Shown here in pieces: positions 19,254 to 29,225 of a DNA stretch of 52,230 nucleotides. Position 1 is the stretch's first letter; each line of letters starts with the position of its first letter. Source of the DNA: an uncultured Limnohabitans sp. (GTDB lineage Bacteria; Bacteroidota; Bacteroidia; Cytophagales; Cyclobacteriaceae); contig CAYTXN010000001.1 in NCBI GenBank assembly GCA_964441195.1, positions 1-52,230 of the forward strand, read 5' to 3'. The notes under the pieces are model-generated. The model saw only the letters and a list, made by a program, of their open reading frames with translations, made no database searches and was not told where the DNA came from. Position numbers and translations under genes: made by a program.

Positions 19254-20716
19254 TGACCGTTTTCCAAAATATCAAAAATCTAGCTTCGGACAGCCTGATT
19301 TATGGTGTTGCTGGGATTGCTACCCGTTTTATGGGTGTGCTTTTGACTCCCCTTTACACAAGAGTTTATACTCCAGAGGACTATGGGGTTTTTGGAGTGA
19401 TCAATAATGCTTATTCCCTCATTGCATTGTTGATGATTTTCTCCTTGGACAATTCCACCGCACGATGGTTTTATGATTCGGAAGATTACGAAAAGCGAAA
19501 AAAAATCATCAGCACATGGTTTTGGTTTTATTTGATAGTATCTCTTCTTTTCGGTGTTTTTTTCTTTCTTACGGCCGATGTTTGGTCTGAATATGTATCC
19601 TATAATTCTGAAGAAGCCGAGAGTTACATTCAAATACTCGCAATTTCTTTACCTATAGCTGTAGCAACAGTAGTCGCAACAAAAGTTTTACGGTTTGAGA
19701 AAAGACCGAAAAGCACAGTAGTTCTAACATTTCTACAAGCACTTAGCTTGATCATCTTCAATGTCGTCTTTGTTTTGATGCTGGGTATGGGGCTAAAAGG
19801 TGCATTTTATGCCAAATTGGTGGCAGGACTCTTAATGATTCCATTAGCTTACTTTTATATCCGCCAATGGATTGGAAAGATAAGACTTGTTGACTTTGGC
19901 TTATTAAATCGGATGGTTCGTTATAGCCTTCCTTTCTTACCAGCCAGTATTTCCATTTGGATGATTAATCTATCTGCAATTTTTTTCCTCAATGGCAAAG
20001 TATCTGATGCGGATCTTGGGTTATTTCAGGTTGCTTTCGCCTTAGCGGGATTTAGTGGTATAGTGGTAAGTTCGTTCCAACAGGCTTGGTCACCTTTCGC
20101 TTTCTCAATCATTCAGCAAAAAAATGCCAAAGAAACATACGGCAAAATTCTCTTAGTTTATCTCTTAGTAATTGGTTCTATGACCTTGATGATTTCACTT
20201 TTTGCATTGGAAGCTTTGATGATCATTGCTACTCCATCTTACTATGGCGCAGCGGCAATAGCAAGTATTTTGGTTTTTAGTGGGATGTTTTCAGGCTTGA
20301 CAAATATTGCTGATTTGGGTTCTGCAATTAGCAAAAAAACCGCCCCTCTCGGAGTAGTTTATAGCTTGTCTGCTGTAGTGCTGATTCTTTTAAACATTAT
20401 TTTTATTCCTGAATTTGGAGTAATTGGAGCAGCGCTTGCGGTTTGCATTTCCCAGTTGATTACCCCCGTTATCGTATTTTACTTTTCACAAAAAGTCTAC
20501 CCTATTCCTTATGATTTTCTGAGATCCGCACTATTCATTGGATTGGTTTTTCTGATGGGCTATATGGGCTATTTTTTCTCACAAAACCTTCCAGTATTCG
20601 AATCGATATCTGTAAAGATTTTAGTATTTATAGTTTTTTCAGGGCTTTTAATAGCCCTGTTTAACAAAGAGTATCACTTCGCGCGAAATTTGATAATCAA
20701 TAGAATAAATAAATAA
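19253..20716 (+). CDS. wzx: Oligosaccharide flippase (Wzx)
   Basis: About 14 TM; LTPLYTR..PEDYG N-terminal motif; IPEFGVIGAALA C-terminal motif. Confidence 0.88.
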   Translation: MTVFQNIKNLASDSLIYGVAGIATRFMGVLLTPLYTRVYTPEDYGVFGVINNAYSLIALLMIFSLDNSTARWFYDSEDYEKRKKIISTWFWFYLIVSLLFGVFFFLTADVWSEYVSYNSEEAESYIQILAISLPIAVATVVATKVLRFEKRPKSTVVLTFLQALSLIIFNVVFVLMLGMGLKGAFYAKLVAGLLMIPLAYFYIRQWIGKIRLVDFGLLNRMVRYSLPFLPASISIWMINLSAIFFLNGKVSDADLGLFQVAFALAGFSGIVVSSFQQAWSPFAFSIIQQKNAKETYGKILLVYLLVIGSMTLMISLFALEALMIIATPSYYGAAAIASILVFSGMFSGLTNIADLGSAISKKTAPLGVVYSLSAVVLILLNIIFIPEFGVIGAALAVCISQLITPVIVFYFSQKVYPIPYDFLRSALFIGLVFLMGYMGYFFSQNLPVFESISVKILVFIVFSGLLIALFNKEYHFARNLIINRINK

Positions 20717-20753
20717 TCTCAATAGATAGATCAAGCCCACAAGAAATCTCCGA

Positions 20754-21830
20754 TTGCAAAAAATTTCCTATATCTCTTCTATAAATCAAGAAAAGAGTCC
20801 TGGTGTCTCAAAAAAAATTTCCGGGACCTTGGTTGGGGCCCGTGATCTTGGATATTTAATAGATTGGGTAAATATCCCGCCTTCAAATGGATTCCTGCTT
20901 AAATTTGCTACGGCTATCGATCAGTCTCAGGCAGATATTATTTTAGTTCGAAGTTTATGTCAATATAACTTTTATATCATTCCAGCCCTGTTCAGGGCTA
21001 AAAGAAAAGGCAAAAAGCTAATCATGGATGTACCTACTCCGAATGGAGTAGCTATCCAGGAACTTGCAAGTGCTAGAAGCTCTTGGGTTAGGAAAATAAA
21101 GGACATCGGGTATTTACTTGTTTCAGGCCCAATTCCCTTTTGGTTTGTTACTCGGGTGTTGCAATATTCAAATGAGAGTAAATGGTTTTTATTTGGCAAC
21201 AAGTCAAAAACCAAATTAATAGGTAATGGGATAAATGTAAATCTGGTGCCTTTGAGGAGCTCTTCGCCAAGTTGGAACGGTCAACGCCTTGATCTCATCT
21301 GTGTGGCTTCACTTAACTATTGGCATGGAATCGATTTTCTGATTCGGGCAATAGCAAAATTAAAAATAGAAGAGAGCCAATTAATTATTCATCTTAAAGT
21401 TATTGGTGAAGGGGCTGTGTTTGCAGAATTAACTAGTCTGGTAAAAGAACTTCACTTGGATGAGCAAGTTAAATTTCTGGGATTTTTACAAGGAGAGAAT
21501 CTCTACAACCAGTATGCAACTGCACACTTGGCAGTAGGATCCTTGGCACTTTTCAGAAAAAATCTTGTAACGGCCTCGGAATTGAAATCGAGAGAATATT
21601 GTGCAGTAGGAATTCCCTTCATCGTAGTTGGGGATGATCCTGATTTTCCTGCTGAAGTGGCTTTCAGAATCCAACTTCCCAATCGTGATAATATAGACGA
21701 CTTAGTAAATTTCTTTAGAAATTTTGATCCAAAAACACTTCAGATTTCTCCTTCCGAAATCAGACTTTTCGCAAAAAAACATCTCGATTTTTCAGTGAAA
21801 GTACAAGATATTCTTCAAGGCTTGACCTAA
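20754..21830 (+). CDS. Glycosyltransferase family 4
   Basis: WHGIDFLI, IGEG, LKSREYCAVGIP; TTG start. Confidence 0.82.
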   Translation: MQKISYISSINQEKSPGVSKKISGTLVGARDLGYLIDWVNIPPSNGFLLKFATAIDQSQADIILVRSLCQYNFYIIPALFRAKRKGKKLIMDVPTPNGVAIQELASARSSWVRKIKDIGYLLVSGPIPFWFVTRVLQYSNESKWFLFGNKSKTKLIGNGINVNLVPLRSSSPSWNGQRLDLICVASLNYWHGIDFLIRAIAKLKIEESQLIIHLKVIGEGAVFAELTSLVKELHLDEQVKFLGFLQGENLYNQYATAHLAVGSLALFRKNLVTASELKSREYCAVGIPFIVVGDDPDFPAEVAFRIQLPNRDNIDDLVNFFRNFDPKTLQISPSEIRLFAKKHLDFSVKVQDILQGLT

Positions 21831-23077
21831 TGCAGATTCCTTCCACACTAGTCCTATTGACTCAGAAATACCCATTTGAATCTGGGGAAGAATTTCTTCT
21901 TCCAGAATTAAAAAGGATTGCGCATGAGTTTGATCGGGTGATTTTGATTCCTACAGCGGTAAGAAATTTTTCAATAAGCCGACAAGTCCCCTCAAATGTA
22001 GAAGTAAAGCCAATTCCTAATCCAAGTAGATCATCAGAAGTGATTATGTCTCTTTTGAAGTACCTACCGCAGTTTTTAAGTTTGCTCCAAGTAGAATTGA
22101 GAAATAGTAATAGGAACTGGAAACTGGGCAAATACTGGATATACCATATTCCCTTTGCTCTGACTATTCGAGAAGAATTGAAAGTTCTATTGCAATCACA
22201 AAAAAGTATCCTGTTCTATTCCTATTGGATGGATACCAATGCTTATGCGTTAGCGCTATTGAGGGATAAATTTCCAGACTTTAAATTCATAGTTAGAACA
22301 CACGGAGGAGATTTGTATGACGAAAGGAGTCCTTCGGGTCAAGTCGCTTTCAGAAAGAGTGTATACGATAAAGCGGAAGCAATCTGGCCGATATCAGTTG
22401 ATGGTCTTGAATATATCCGCAGAAAGTTTCCGTTATACCAAGAAAAATTAAAATTGGTGAAGCTGGGAGTGGAAGATTTTGGAATTGGTCCCTTGGAAAT
22501 GGACAGTGATGTTTTCAGAATTGTCTCCTGCTCTTCCTTGATTCCTCTCAAACGAGTGAATTTGATTGCCCAAGTGTTGCTTCATTCCCATTTACCCATT
22601 CAATGGGTGCACATAGGTGGCGAAAAAGAGCAAATGGAGGAAATTTTTCAGCGTATTGGAAATGGAAGACCCGGCCTTGAAGTGATTTGGAGAGGTAAAG
22701 TCTCCAATGAGGAATTAATGAAATATTATTCCGGCCAATTTGTAGATGCTTTGATTAATCTCAGTAGCTCTGAGGGGATTCCAGTATCAATGATGGAGGC
22801 AATTTCTTTTGGAATACCGATTTTCGCAAATAACGTTGGAGGGATTTCAGAAATAGTAACTGAAGCGACCGGGTGTCTGGTTGAGGAGGGACTTGAGTTA
22901 GATTCGCTTGTAAGAGTTTTTGAAGTTTGGCTTAACTCAGGTAAGTCAAGGGATACGAAATTCCGAAATGGTGTCAGAGAATTTTGGAAGGAAAATTTTG
23001 ATGCAAATAAGAATCATTTTTCATTTGCTGAAAAATTAAATTCCGGATTAGTTGTGAATAATGCTGAAAAATTTTGA
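21830..23077 (+). CDS. Glycosyltransferase family 4
   Basis: YPF..GE.F, HGGDLY, SSEGIPVSMMEAISFGIP (EX7E motif). Confidence 0.88.
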   Translation: MQIPSTLVLLTQKYPFESGEEFLLPELKRIAHEFDRVILIPTAVRNFSISRQVPSNVEVKPIPNPSRSSEVIMSLLKYLPQFLSLLQVELRNSNRNWKLGKYWIYHIPFALTIREELKVLLQSQKSILFYSYWMDTNAYALALLRDKFPDFKFIVRTHGGDLYDERSPSGQVAFRKSVYDKAEAIWPISVDGLEYIRRKFPLYQEKLKLVKLGVEDFGIGPLEMDSDVFRIVSCSSLIPLKRVNLIAQVLLHSHLPIQWVHIGGEKEQMEEIFQRIGNGRPGLEVIWRGKVSNEELMKYYSGQFVDALINLSSSEGIPVSMMEAISFGIPIFANNVGGISEIVTEATGCLVEEGLELDSLVRVFEVWLNSGKSRDTKFRNGVREFWKENFDANKNHFSFAEKLNSGLVVNNAEKF

Positions 23078-24360
23078 AGAAGGTACTTCTTCTTTCTCAT
23101 TATTATCATCCGTGTACCTTGACTCCTGCACAAAGGATAACATATTGGGCGGAGAATTTTCATAAGTTGGGATATTATCCAGTGGTTGTTACTCGGATTT
23201 GGAATTCTGAGATAAGAACTCATCATGACACGAAGTGCGCCCTTGGAAAAGACGTGAAAATTGAAAAGTTTCCAACTCATGAGGTCCACTACCTTCCATT
23301 TCGGCCCGGGCTTCTGGACTGGGCATATTTGAATTTCGGTGAAAATTGGTTAAGACCCCTTTTCCTTTTTAGTCGAATTTTGGATGTGATTCTGGTGCGA
23401 TTCACCATACGTTTCACCTCATTTGCAAATTACCTTCCTTATTTAAAGAATTTAATTAATGCCCATAGCTTCAATGGTTTCATTATTTCGGGAGAACCTT
23501 TTTATCTCTTTAAGCTGGGCTTTTCTATAAATCGTGATTTGGGAATGTCTTGGATTGCAGACTACCGCGATGATTGGAGTACCAATGAACTCCAAATGGA
23601 AAAAAGTGGAAGTGGGATGAGAAGGTGGGTCGCCAAAGTGGAATCTTCCTATGAAAAAAAGTGGGTAGGTACGGCAGATTCAATCATCTCAGTTTCGGGT
23701 CGTTACACGCAAAGAATTTCCGATTTTGTCAAAAGACCAGGAATCACCATTCAAAATGGGTTTGAGGAAACCCTCCTTGATTTAACAGAAGCAGACTTGT
23801 ATGACGAGTTTACCGTAATTTACAGTGGAGTACTTTATCCTTCTCAGGATATCAGACTGATTTTGCAAATTTTGGAGCGTAGCAATGATATTGGAAGACC
23901 TTTTAAATTAGTCTTCTTAGGGGCAGGATTTGACATCAAAGAGAAGAAAAGAATTGAAGGGATTGTTCCTGCCTATCTTAGAAAATGGGTAGAGGTTACA
24001 GACCGATTCCCACGGAAGAAAGCAATAGAAATGCTCCAGAAAGCTCATGTTTTACTTGGAATAGCCTATGGAAACATGAAAGGGATCCCATCTTCTAAGT
24101 TATATGAATACTTGGCGATCGGTAAACCTGTTTTTCTCTGTCCTACCGATAGTGATGTTATGGAGGAGATTTTATCGGAGAGCGGTCTAGGTTTTTTCGC
24201 GAAAAACAAAAATCAGGGCCTATCAATAATGGGTGAACTTCAGGATTTATATGAAAATGAGGCGAATTTATCTCAGCTCAAAGAGTTATCTCGTGAGGTA
24301 GTTAGTAAATATTCAAGATTTCATCAATTAAAAAATCTGGCTGATTCTCTTGGTCAATAA
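23074..24360 (+). CDS. Glycosyltransferase (GT-B, GT4-like)
   Basis: WIADYRDDW, NGF, YSG.LY, PSSKLYEYLAIGKP. Confidence 0.8.
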   Translation: MKKVLLLSHYYHPCTLTPAQRITYWAENFHKLGYYPVVVTRIWNSEIRTHHDTKCALGKDVKIEKFPTHEVHYLPFRPGLLDWAYLNFGENWLRPLFLFSRILDVILVRFTIRFTSFANYLPYLKNLINAHSFNGFIISGEPFYLFKLGFSINRDLGMSWIADYRDDWSTNELQMEKSGSGMRRWVAKVESSYEKKWVGTADSIISVSGRYTQRISDFVKRPGITIQNGFEETLLDLTEADLYDEFTVIYSGVLYPSQDIRLILQILERSNDIGRPFKLVFLGAGFDIKEKKRIEGIVPAYLRKWVEVTDRFPRKKAIEMLQKAHVLLGIAYGNMKGIPSSKLYEYLAIGKPVFLCPTDSDVMEEILSESGLGFFAKNKNQGLSIMGELQDLYENEANLSQLKELSREVVSKYSRFHQLKNLADSLGQ

Positions 24361-25510
24361 TACGATAGCGGTAAGTTGGGCTACTTATAATTTCTCGAGG
24401 CTAGGGCTGATCCTAGTCTTTTTTCTTACCTCCTGTACCCAGCTTGTGAGTTTCCAACTGGATAAAGCCTTAATGACTTTGTTGGTTGGGGTTTTGTTAT
24501 TCCATTCATTTTTTACAGAAAAAAAAGTTCCTACAAATTCATTTCTTGTTCTTGTGATGAGCTTTGGTCTTGTATTGTTATCCTACCTTCTAAATCTGCC
24601 TAATTCCTCGTTGATTGTCTTTTTTCCTATTATCGGATTGGCCTTCGTTACCTTAATAGGTGAGAATAAAGAACTATTGAACCTAATATATTGGGGAATA
24701 TTCATCCATATCGCCTTGGGAGTATTTTTTGTTATTTCAAGTTACATTTTTGGCATGAACTCTTTCGTACATCCCATGTATGACAAAGGTCTTCCATTCC
24801 TTCATGCCGCCAAGGGGCTAACTACCACAGTACAAGCTTTCGGTACGCTGATTATTGCGTGGTTTCTGATCTATTATTGGAAAAAAGAAACGTCTCAGGC
24901 GGGTTTCATTGACTTAGCAGCCTATTTGGTTGTGTTGCTTGCGCTGGTTTTGACATTCAATCGCAATAGTTTACTTATTTATTACATCATTCTATTTTTC
25001 AAGCATAAAAGAATTTTTTGGCTAAGTGTCCTGGCAGGATTGAGCTTTTATATCTACTTCTTTGAGTTTATCAATAAACTCCTCTTCAACCTAACTACGC
25101 TGACATCGAGATCCGATTTATTGGAGGCCTTTCGAATTGCTTTTTTCGAACAGACGGATTGGCTTGGATATCTAATCGGACATGGGAATAATATTGTAGA
25201 TGATAGTATAGCAAAAGGCACATATTACCGTACTGGCTATATTGAAAATGGTACTTCAGTTTTGCTGTATACTTATGGATTCGTGGGTTATTTTTTTTAT
25301 TTAGTGTCAGTTTTTATTTTTTCCATTATGTTTTGGATAAAGAGAGAAGTCTTTTTCGCAGCAATGCTTTTTTATATTTTCATCATTGCACAGCAGTTTA
25401 CGCATGAGTTCTATTCAACCACCATATATCTTCTTTTGGCAGTATTCCTGCTGATTTTTAATAGTTTTTCAAAAATTGAAAGAAAAGCGGATCTTTTTTC
25501 ACCTACTTAA
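24350..25510 (+). CDS. Probable Wzy polymerase (polytopic membrane protein)
   Basis: About 10-11 TM, LTFNRNS motif, late loop with IGHG..IEN; located in a Wzx/Wzz locus. Start is uncertain (TTG). Confidence 0.65.
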   Translation: MVNNTIAVSWATYNFSRLGLILVFFLTSCTQLVSFQLDKALMTLLVGVLLFHSFFTEKKVPTNSFLVLVMSFGLVLLSYLLNLPNSSLIVFFPIIGLAFVTLIGENKELLNLIYWGIFIHIALGVFFVISSYIFGMNSFVHPMYDKGLPFLHAAKGLTTTVQAFGTLIIAWFLIYYWKKETSQAGFIDLAAYLVVLLALVLTFNRNSLLIYYIILFFKHKRIFWLSVLAGLSFYIYFFEFINKLLFNLTTLTSRSDLLEAFRIAFFEQTDWLGYLIGHGNNIVDDSIAKGTYYRTGYIENGTSVLLYTYGFVGYFFYLVSVFIFSIMFWIKREVFFAAMLFYIFIIAQQFTHEFYSTTIYLLLAVFLLIFNSFSKIERKADLFSPT

Positions 25511-26546
25511 TAACTTCACCGGCAGTCCACAGATTCTTCGAAACGTAATCGAGGCCGCTGTAAACGAAGGATATGAAGTTTTACTTTACACAAGTTCGAC
25601 TAGGGGCTTCTTGTCAGACATTCCTGGGGTGATTTATCGGCCAAATTATTACCATCGATCAGAACGACGGTTAATTACTTTATTTACTTTTTTTCTCAGT
25701 CAGCTATTGTTGGGCCTGGTACTCTTTCGGCATTGGCAGGATAAATGCCTTTTTTATACAAATACAATTTTGCCATTTTCAGCTATTTTATCAGGAAGGT
25801 TGATGGGAAAGCGAGTCATTACCCATGTTCATGAAAATGAAGTGAGTCCAAAAATCCTCGACACATTTTTATTTTGGGTAGTCAGAACTTTCAGTAGCCA
25901 AAAAATAGTTGTGTCTAACTTTTTGTTTCATAATCTTAAATTGGGACAAACAAATATTACGTTGATACCAAACGTTGTCAATCCAAAACTTGTCAAAAAC
26001 TCCTTCCCCGTCAACTGGTCCAAGTCTGAATTTCATGTTTTGATGTTAGCTTCCTTGAGGCCTTATAAAGGAATTCAAGAGTTTGTTGAGTTGGCTGATA
26101 AAATTCCTGAGGTGTTTTTCACCTTAGTTTTAAGCGATAATGAAAAAGAAGTGAAGGAGTGGAGGGAGAATTTGACATTTGGGCAAAATCTAAAGATTCA
26201 TCCGGTTCAGGAGACTGTTGTTCCATTTTATCAAAATGCACATTTGATCATGAATTTGGCACACCCTGACAAGTGGCTTGAAACCTTCGGCATGACAGTT
26301 TTAGAGGGGTTTTATTTTGGGCTTCCTGCAATTGTCCCGAATCAGGGTGGTGTGGCTGAGCTGGTTGAAGATGGGGTCAATGGATTCAAAATTGACTATA
26401 GGGAATGGGGACAACAAGTCGCCATTATAAAGGAACTAGCACAAAATCAGGTTCTTTGGGAATCACTTAGTATTGGGGCATTAAATAAATCCAAAGAATA
26501 TTCCTTAGGAGAGTTTAATCAAAGAATACTGAATTTACTGAAATGA
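25476..26546 (+). CDS. Glycosyltransferase family 4
   Basis: HVHE, YKG, ETFGMTVLEG..GLP, GVNG; TTG start. Confidence 0.85.
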   Translation: MKEKRIFFHLLNNFTGSPQILRNVIEAAVNEGYEVLLYTSSTRGFLSDIPGVIYRPNYYHRSERRLITLFTFFLSQLLLGLVLFRHWQDKCLFYTNTILPFSAILSGRLMGKRVITHVHENEVSPKILDTFLFWVVRTFSSQKIVVSNFLFHNLKLGQTNITLIPNVVNPKLVKNSFPVNWSKSEFHVLMLASLRPYKGIQEFVELADKIPEVFFTLVLSDNEKEVKEWRENLTFGQNLKIHPVQETVVPFYQNAHLIMNLAHPDKWLETFGMTVLEGFYFGLPAIVPNQGGVAELVEDGVNGFKIDYREWGQQVAIIKELAQNQVLWESLSIGALNKSKEYSLGEFNQRILNLLK

Positions 26547-28135
26547 TGAAGTGGATTTGCTTTTTTTTAATCTTTTCGGCAAGCTCTTCTTGGGCTCAAA
26601 AAGCTGATTTTATCAAGTTGGAAAAACTTTACTCACCGGAAGAAACTGAAGGTCTTTATTCAGCGTGGAGACAGGAAAGCATCTTAATTCCTGTAAGGTT
26701 TACCTCCTCGAGTCCATTTCCAGTGGATATCCAGGTTTCGATTTCTGGTTTGAACCCAAAATTTGAATGGTTTGAACTTCATTCGGTATGGGGAGATTTT
26801 TCGGCAGGATTTTGTGGTCAAGCCAAAGCAAAGGGGACTTTTGAAAAAGCATTGATCCCAGATCGTGCAAGGCTTGTTTTGAATTCAAAATTAGAAAATG
26901 ACTCGACAGTTAAATGGGGAGTATTGAAGGTACATATCCCTCGACTAGCAGAGGCGAAATCATATGATTTGAATTTGAACTTTCTCCAGAATGGAAAGAC
27001 TACCAGCTTAAAAGGTAAAATAGAAGTCTTGGATAGGATTGCGTCAGAAGTTAATGACGTTTCTTTCGAAGTGGATTTTTGGCAATTTCCAATTAGTGTA
27101 GCCGATTATTATGGAGTTAAGCCTTGGGGGGAAGCACATTGGAAGCGAATAGAAGAAATGCTGATCTCCCTAAAAGGAATCAACCAAAAATCATTAACCA
27201 TCTCAATTTTTTGGGATCTATATAACACCAAACTTAGGCCTTTAGATGAAATGATGATTCAAGTCAGCCGGAAGGAGGATGGTAACTATGCATATGATTT
27301 TTCAAACTTAGAAAAATACATCCTCAAAGGAGAAGAAATGGGGGTAGCAGATCGGATTTCTATCCACAACCTTTTTCCTTGGAATCAGAATTATTACTAC
27401 TATGACGTAAGATCCAAAGTAGTCAAAGAGGTCAATGCAGCACCAAATTCCGAAGCTTATCGAAAGTTTTTTGCACCATTGATCATGGCTACTTGTGAAT
27501 TTCTTGAGCGTAAAAACTGGAAGTCAAAGACCTATTGGGTAATTGATGAGCGGGATCCAAGCCAAACCATTATTTTAAAGAATTGGATCAATCAAATTGC
27601 ACCAGAATTTAAATTTTCGTTTGCAGGAAGATTGAGTCCTGCTTTGGCAAAGCAAATGGAGGAATATGCACTTCCTGTCAATGTGAGTCTAGATTCAGAA
27701 CAATATGCCTCTAGAGTCGGAGTGAATGGTCGCACTTTATTGTACACTTCTTGCTTTGAGCAAAGCAATCAGCCCAATTCTCTTATGACCTCAGATCTTA
27801 GAGATATTTATTTTTTGACGCATTTGGCAAATATAAGAGGGTATCAAGGGATCCTTCATTGGGCATATAATTTATGGTCCAACCAAATTAAAACCTCCGC
27901 TATTTATTCAGATGTTCCTTCAGGTGATGCACATTTGATCTATCCTGATGGAGAGCTATCGATTAGGTATTTGGTGTTTCAGGATGCGATAGAGGAGATC
28001 GGGAAATTTCAATTAATTTCGAAAATTAAAAATTCAAACAGCATTCGACAAGCGATGAATCGTTACTTCTTGATCAATGTAGAAAAAGAAAGATTTCAAA
28101 TGGTCAAGGCTATGAAAACATATTTGAATGATTAA
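26543..28135 (+). CDS. Secreted GH123/DUF4091-like glycoside hydrolase (putative beta-N-acetylhexosaminidase)
   Basis: Signal peptide; DFWQFP..VADYYGV..W..HW; adjacent DE pair in WVIDER; C-terminal G.LHWAYN.W..SGD..LIYP..SIR (DUF4091-like). Confidence 0.72.
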   Translation: MMKWICFFLIFSASSSWAQKADFIKLEKLYSPEETEGLYSAWRQESILIPVRFTSSSPFPVDIQVSISGLNPKFEWFELHSVWGDFSAGFCGQAKAKGTFEKALIPDRARLVLNSKLENDSTVKWGVLKVHIPRLAEAKSYDLNLNFLQNGKTTSLKGKIEVLDRIASEVNDVSFEVDFWQFPISVADYYGVKPWGEAHWKRIEEMLISLKGINQKSLTISIFWDLYNTKLRPLDEMMIQVSRKEDGNYAYDFSNLEKYILKGEEMGVADRISIHNLFPWNQNYYYYDVRSKVVKEVNAAPNSEAYRKFFAPLIMATCEFLERKNWKSKTYWVIDERDPSQTIILKNWINQIAPEFKFSFAGRLSPALAKQMEEYALPVNVSLDSEQYASRVGVNGRTLLYTSCFEQSNQPNSLMTSDLRDIYFLTHLANIRGYQGILHWAYNLWSNQIKTSAIYSDVPSGDAHLIYPDGELSIRYLVFQDAIEEIGKFQLISKIKNSNSIRQAMNRYFLINVEKERFQMVKAMKTYLND

Positions 28136-29216
28136 GAAAAAACTTGCAATTCTTGGAATAGTAGGTGTTCCGGCAAATTATGGTGGTTTTGAGACACTAG
28201 TTGACAACTTGCTGGACCTCCTTCCAAAGTTCTTCGAGGTCACTGTTTTTTGTGAAAGCAAATCGTACCCTGAAAAGATAGAGAACTATAAAGGAGCCAA
28301 ACTTCATTACATAAATAAAAAAGCAAATGGTGCTCAAAGTATCATTTATGATTCAGTTTCACTTTTAAAAACCTATAAAACAGAAGATTATATTCTTTTG
28401 CTTGGGGTGTCTGGAGCTATAATGATTCCCTTTTTAAAGCCACTGACTAAAGCCAAAATAGTAACCCATATCGATGGACTGGAATGGAGAAGAGACAAAT
28501 GGGGATGGTTTGCTAAGAAATTCCTGAAATTTTCTGAGCGTGTAGCCGTGACCTTTTCACACGGTATCGTTTCCGACAATAAACATATTCAGGAATATGT
28601 AGAAGAAGAATATGGCAAATCCTCATTTCTGATAGCATATGGGGCAAATCATGTCAGCGCAGTAGAACCTGAGCCTTACCATAAAAAGTTTTCATTTTTG
28701 GGTAGTCCCTACGTGTTTACTGTCTGTAGAATTGAGCCTGAAAACAATGTGGAAATGCAGCTTAGGGCCTTTAAGGAATGTGAAATTGGAATGCCTTATG
28801 TAGTTGTGGGAAATTGGAATGCCAATGAATATGGGATGAAACTGTATCACGACTATTCAAAAGTTCAAAATATCATTCTGTATAATCCTATCTATGAAAT
28901 GGAAGAATTGAATGTCCTCCGATCGAATTCATTCTTTTACCTCCATGGCCATAGTGCAGGCGGCACAAATCCATCCCTTGTCGAGGCTATGTATCTTGGT
29001 CTTCCAGTAATAGCATATGGGGTAAATTATAACCGCGAGACTACTTTTGGAAAAGCTTTGTACTTCGATAATTTCGAGGAATTGAAGGCCTTGTTATTTC
29101 AAATTAGGGATTTGGATAGAGTGGCGATGATTGAGGACCTTTCAAAACTGGCAAAGAAAAATTATTCCTGGAAGGCGATTACAAAAAAATATGTGAAGAT
29201 GTTCCAGTCACTATGA
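28128..29216 (+). CDS. DUF1972-containing GT4 (WchF-like putative rhamnosyltransferase)
   Basis: GVPANYGGFET, DGLEWRRDKW, IAYG, RIEPENN, HGHSAGGTNPSLVEAM. Confidence 0.85.
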   Translation: MIKKKLAILGIVGVPANYGGFETLVDNLLDLLPKFFEVTVFCESKSYPEKIENYKGAKLHYINKKANGAQSIIYDSVSLLKTYKTEDYILLLGVSGAIMIPFLKPLTKAKIVTHIDGLEWRRDKWGWFAKKFLKFSERVAVTFSHGIVSDNKHIQEYVEEEYGKSSFLIAYGANHVSAVEPEPYHKKFSFLGSPYVFTVCRIEPENNVEMQLRAFKECEIGMPYVVVGNWNANEYGMKLYHDYSKVQNIILYNPIYEMEELNVLRSNSFFYLHGHSAGGTNPSLVEAMYLGLPVIAYGVNYNRETTFGKALYFDNFEELKALLFQIRDLDRVAMIEDLSKLAKKNYSWKAITKKYVKMFQSL

Positions 29217-29225
29217 TTAGGAGTT

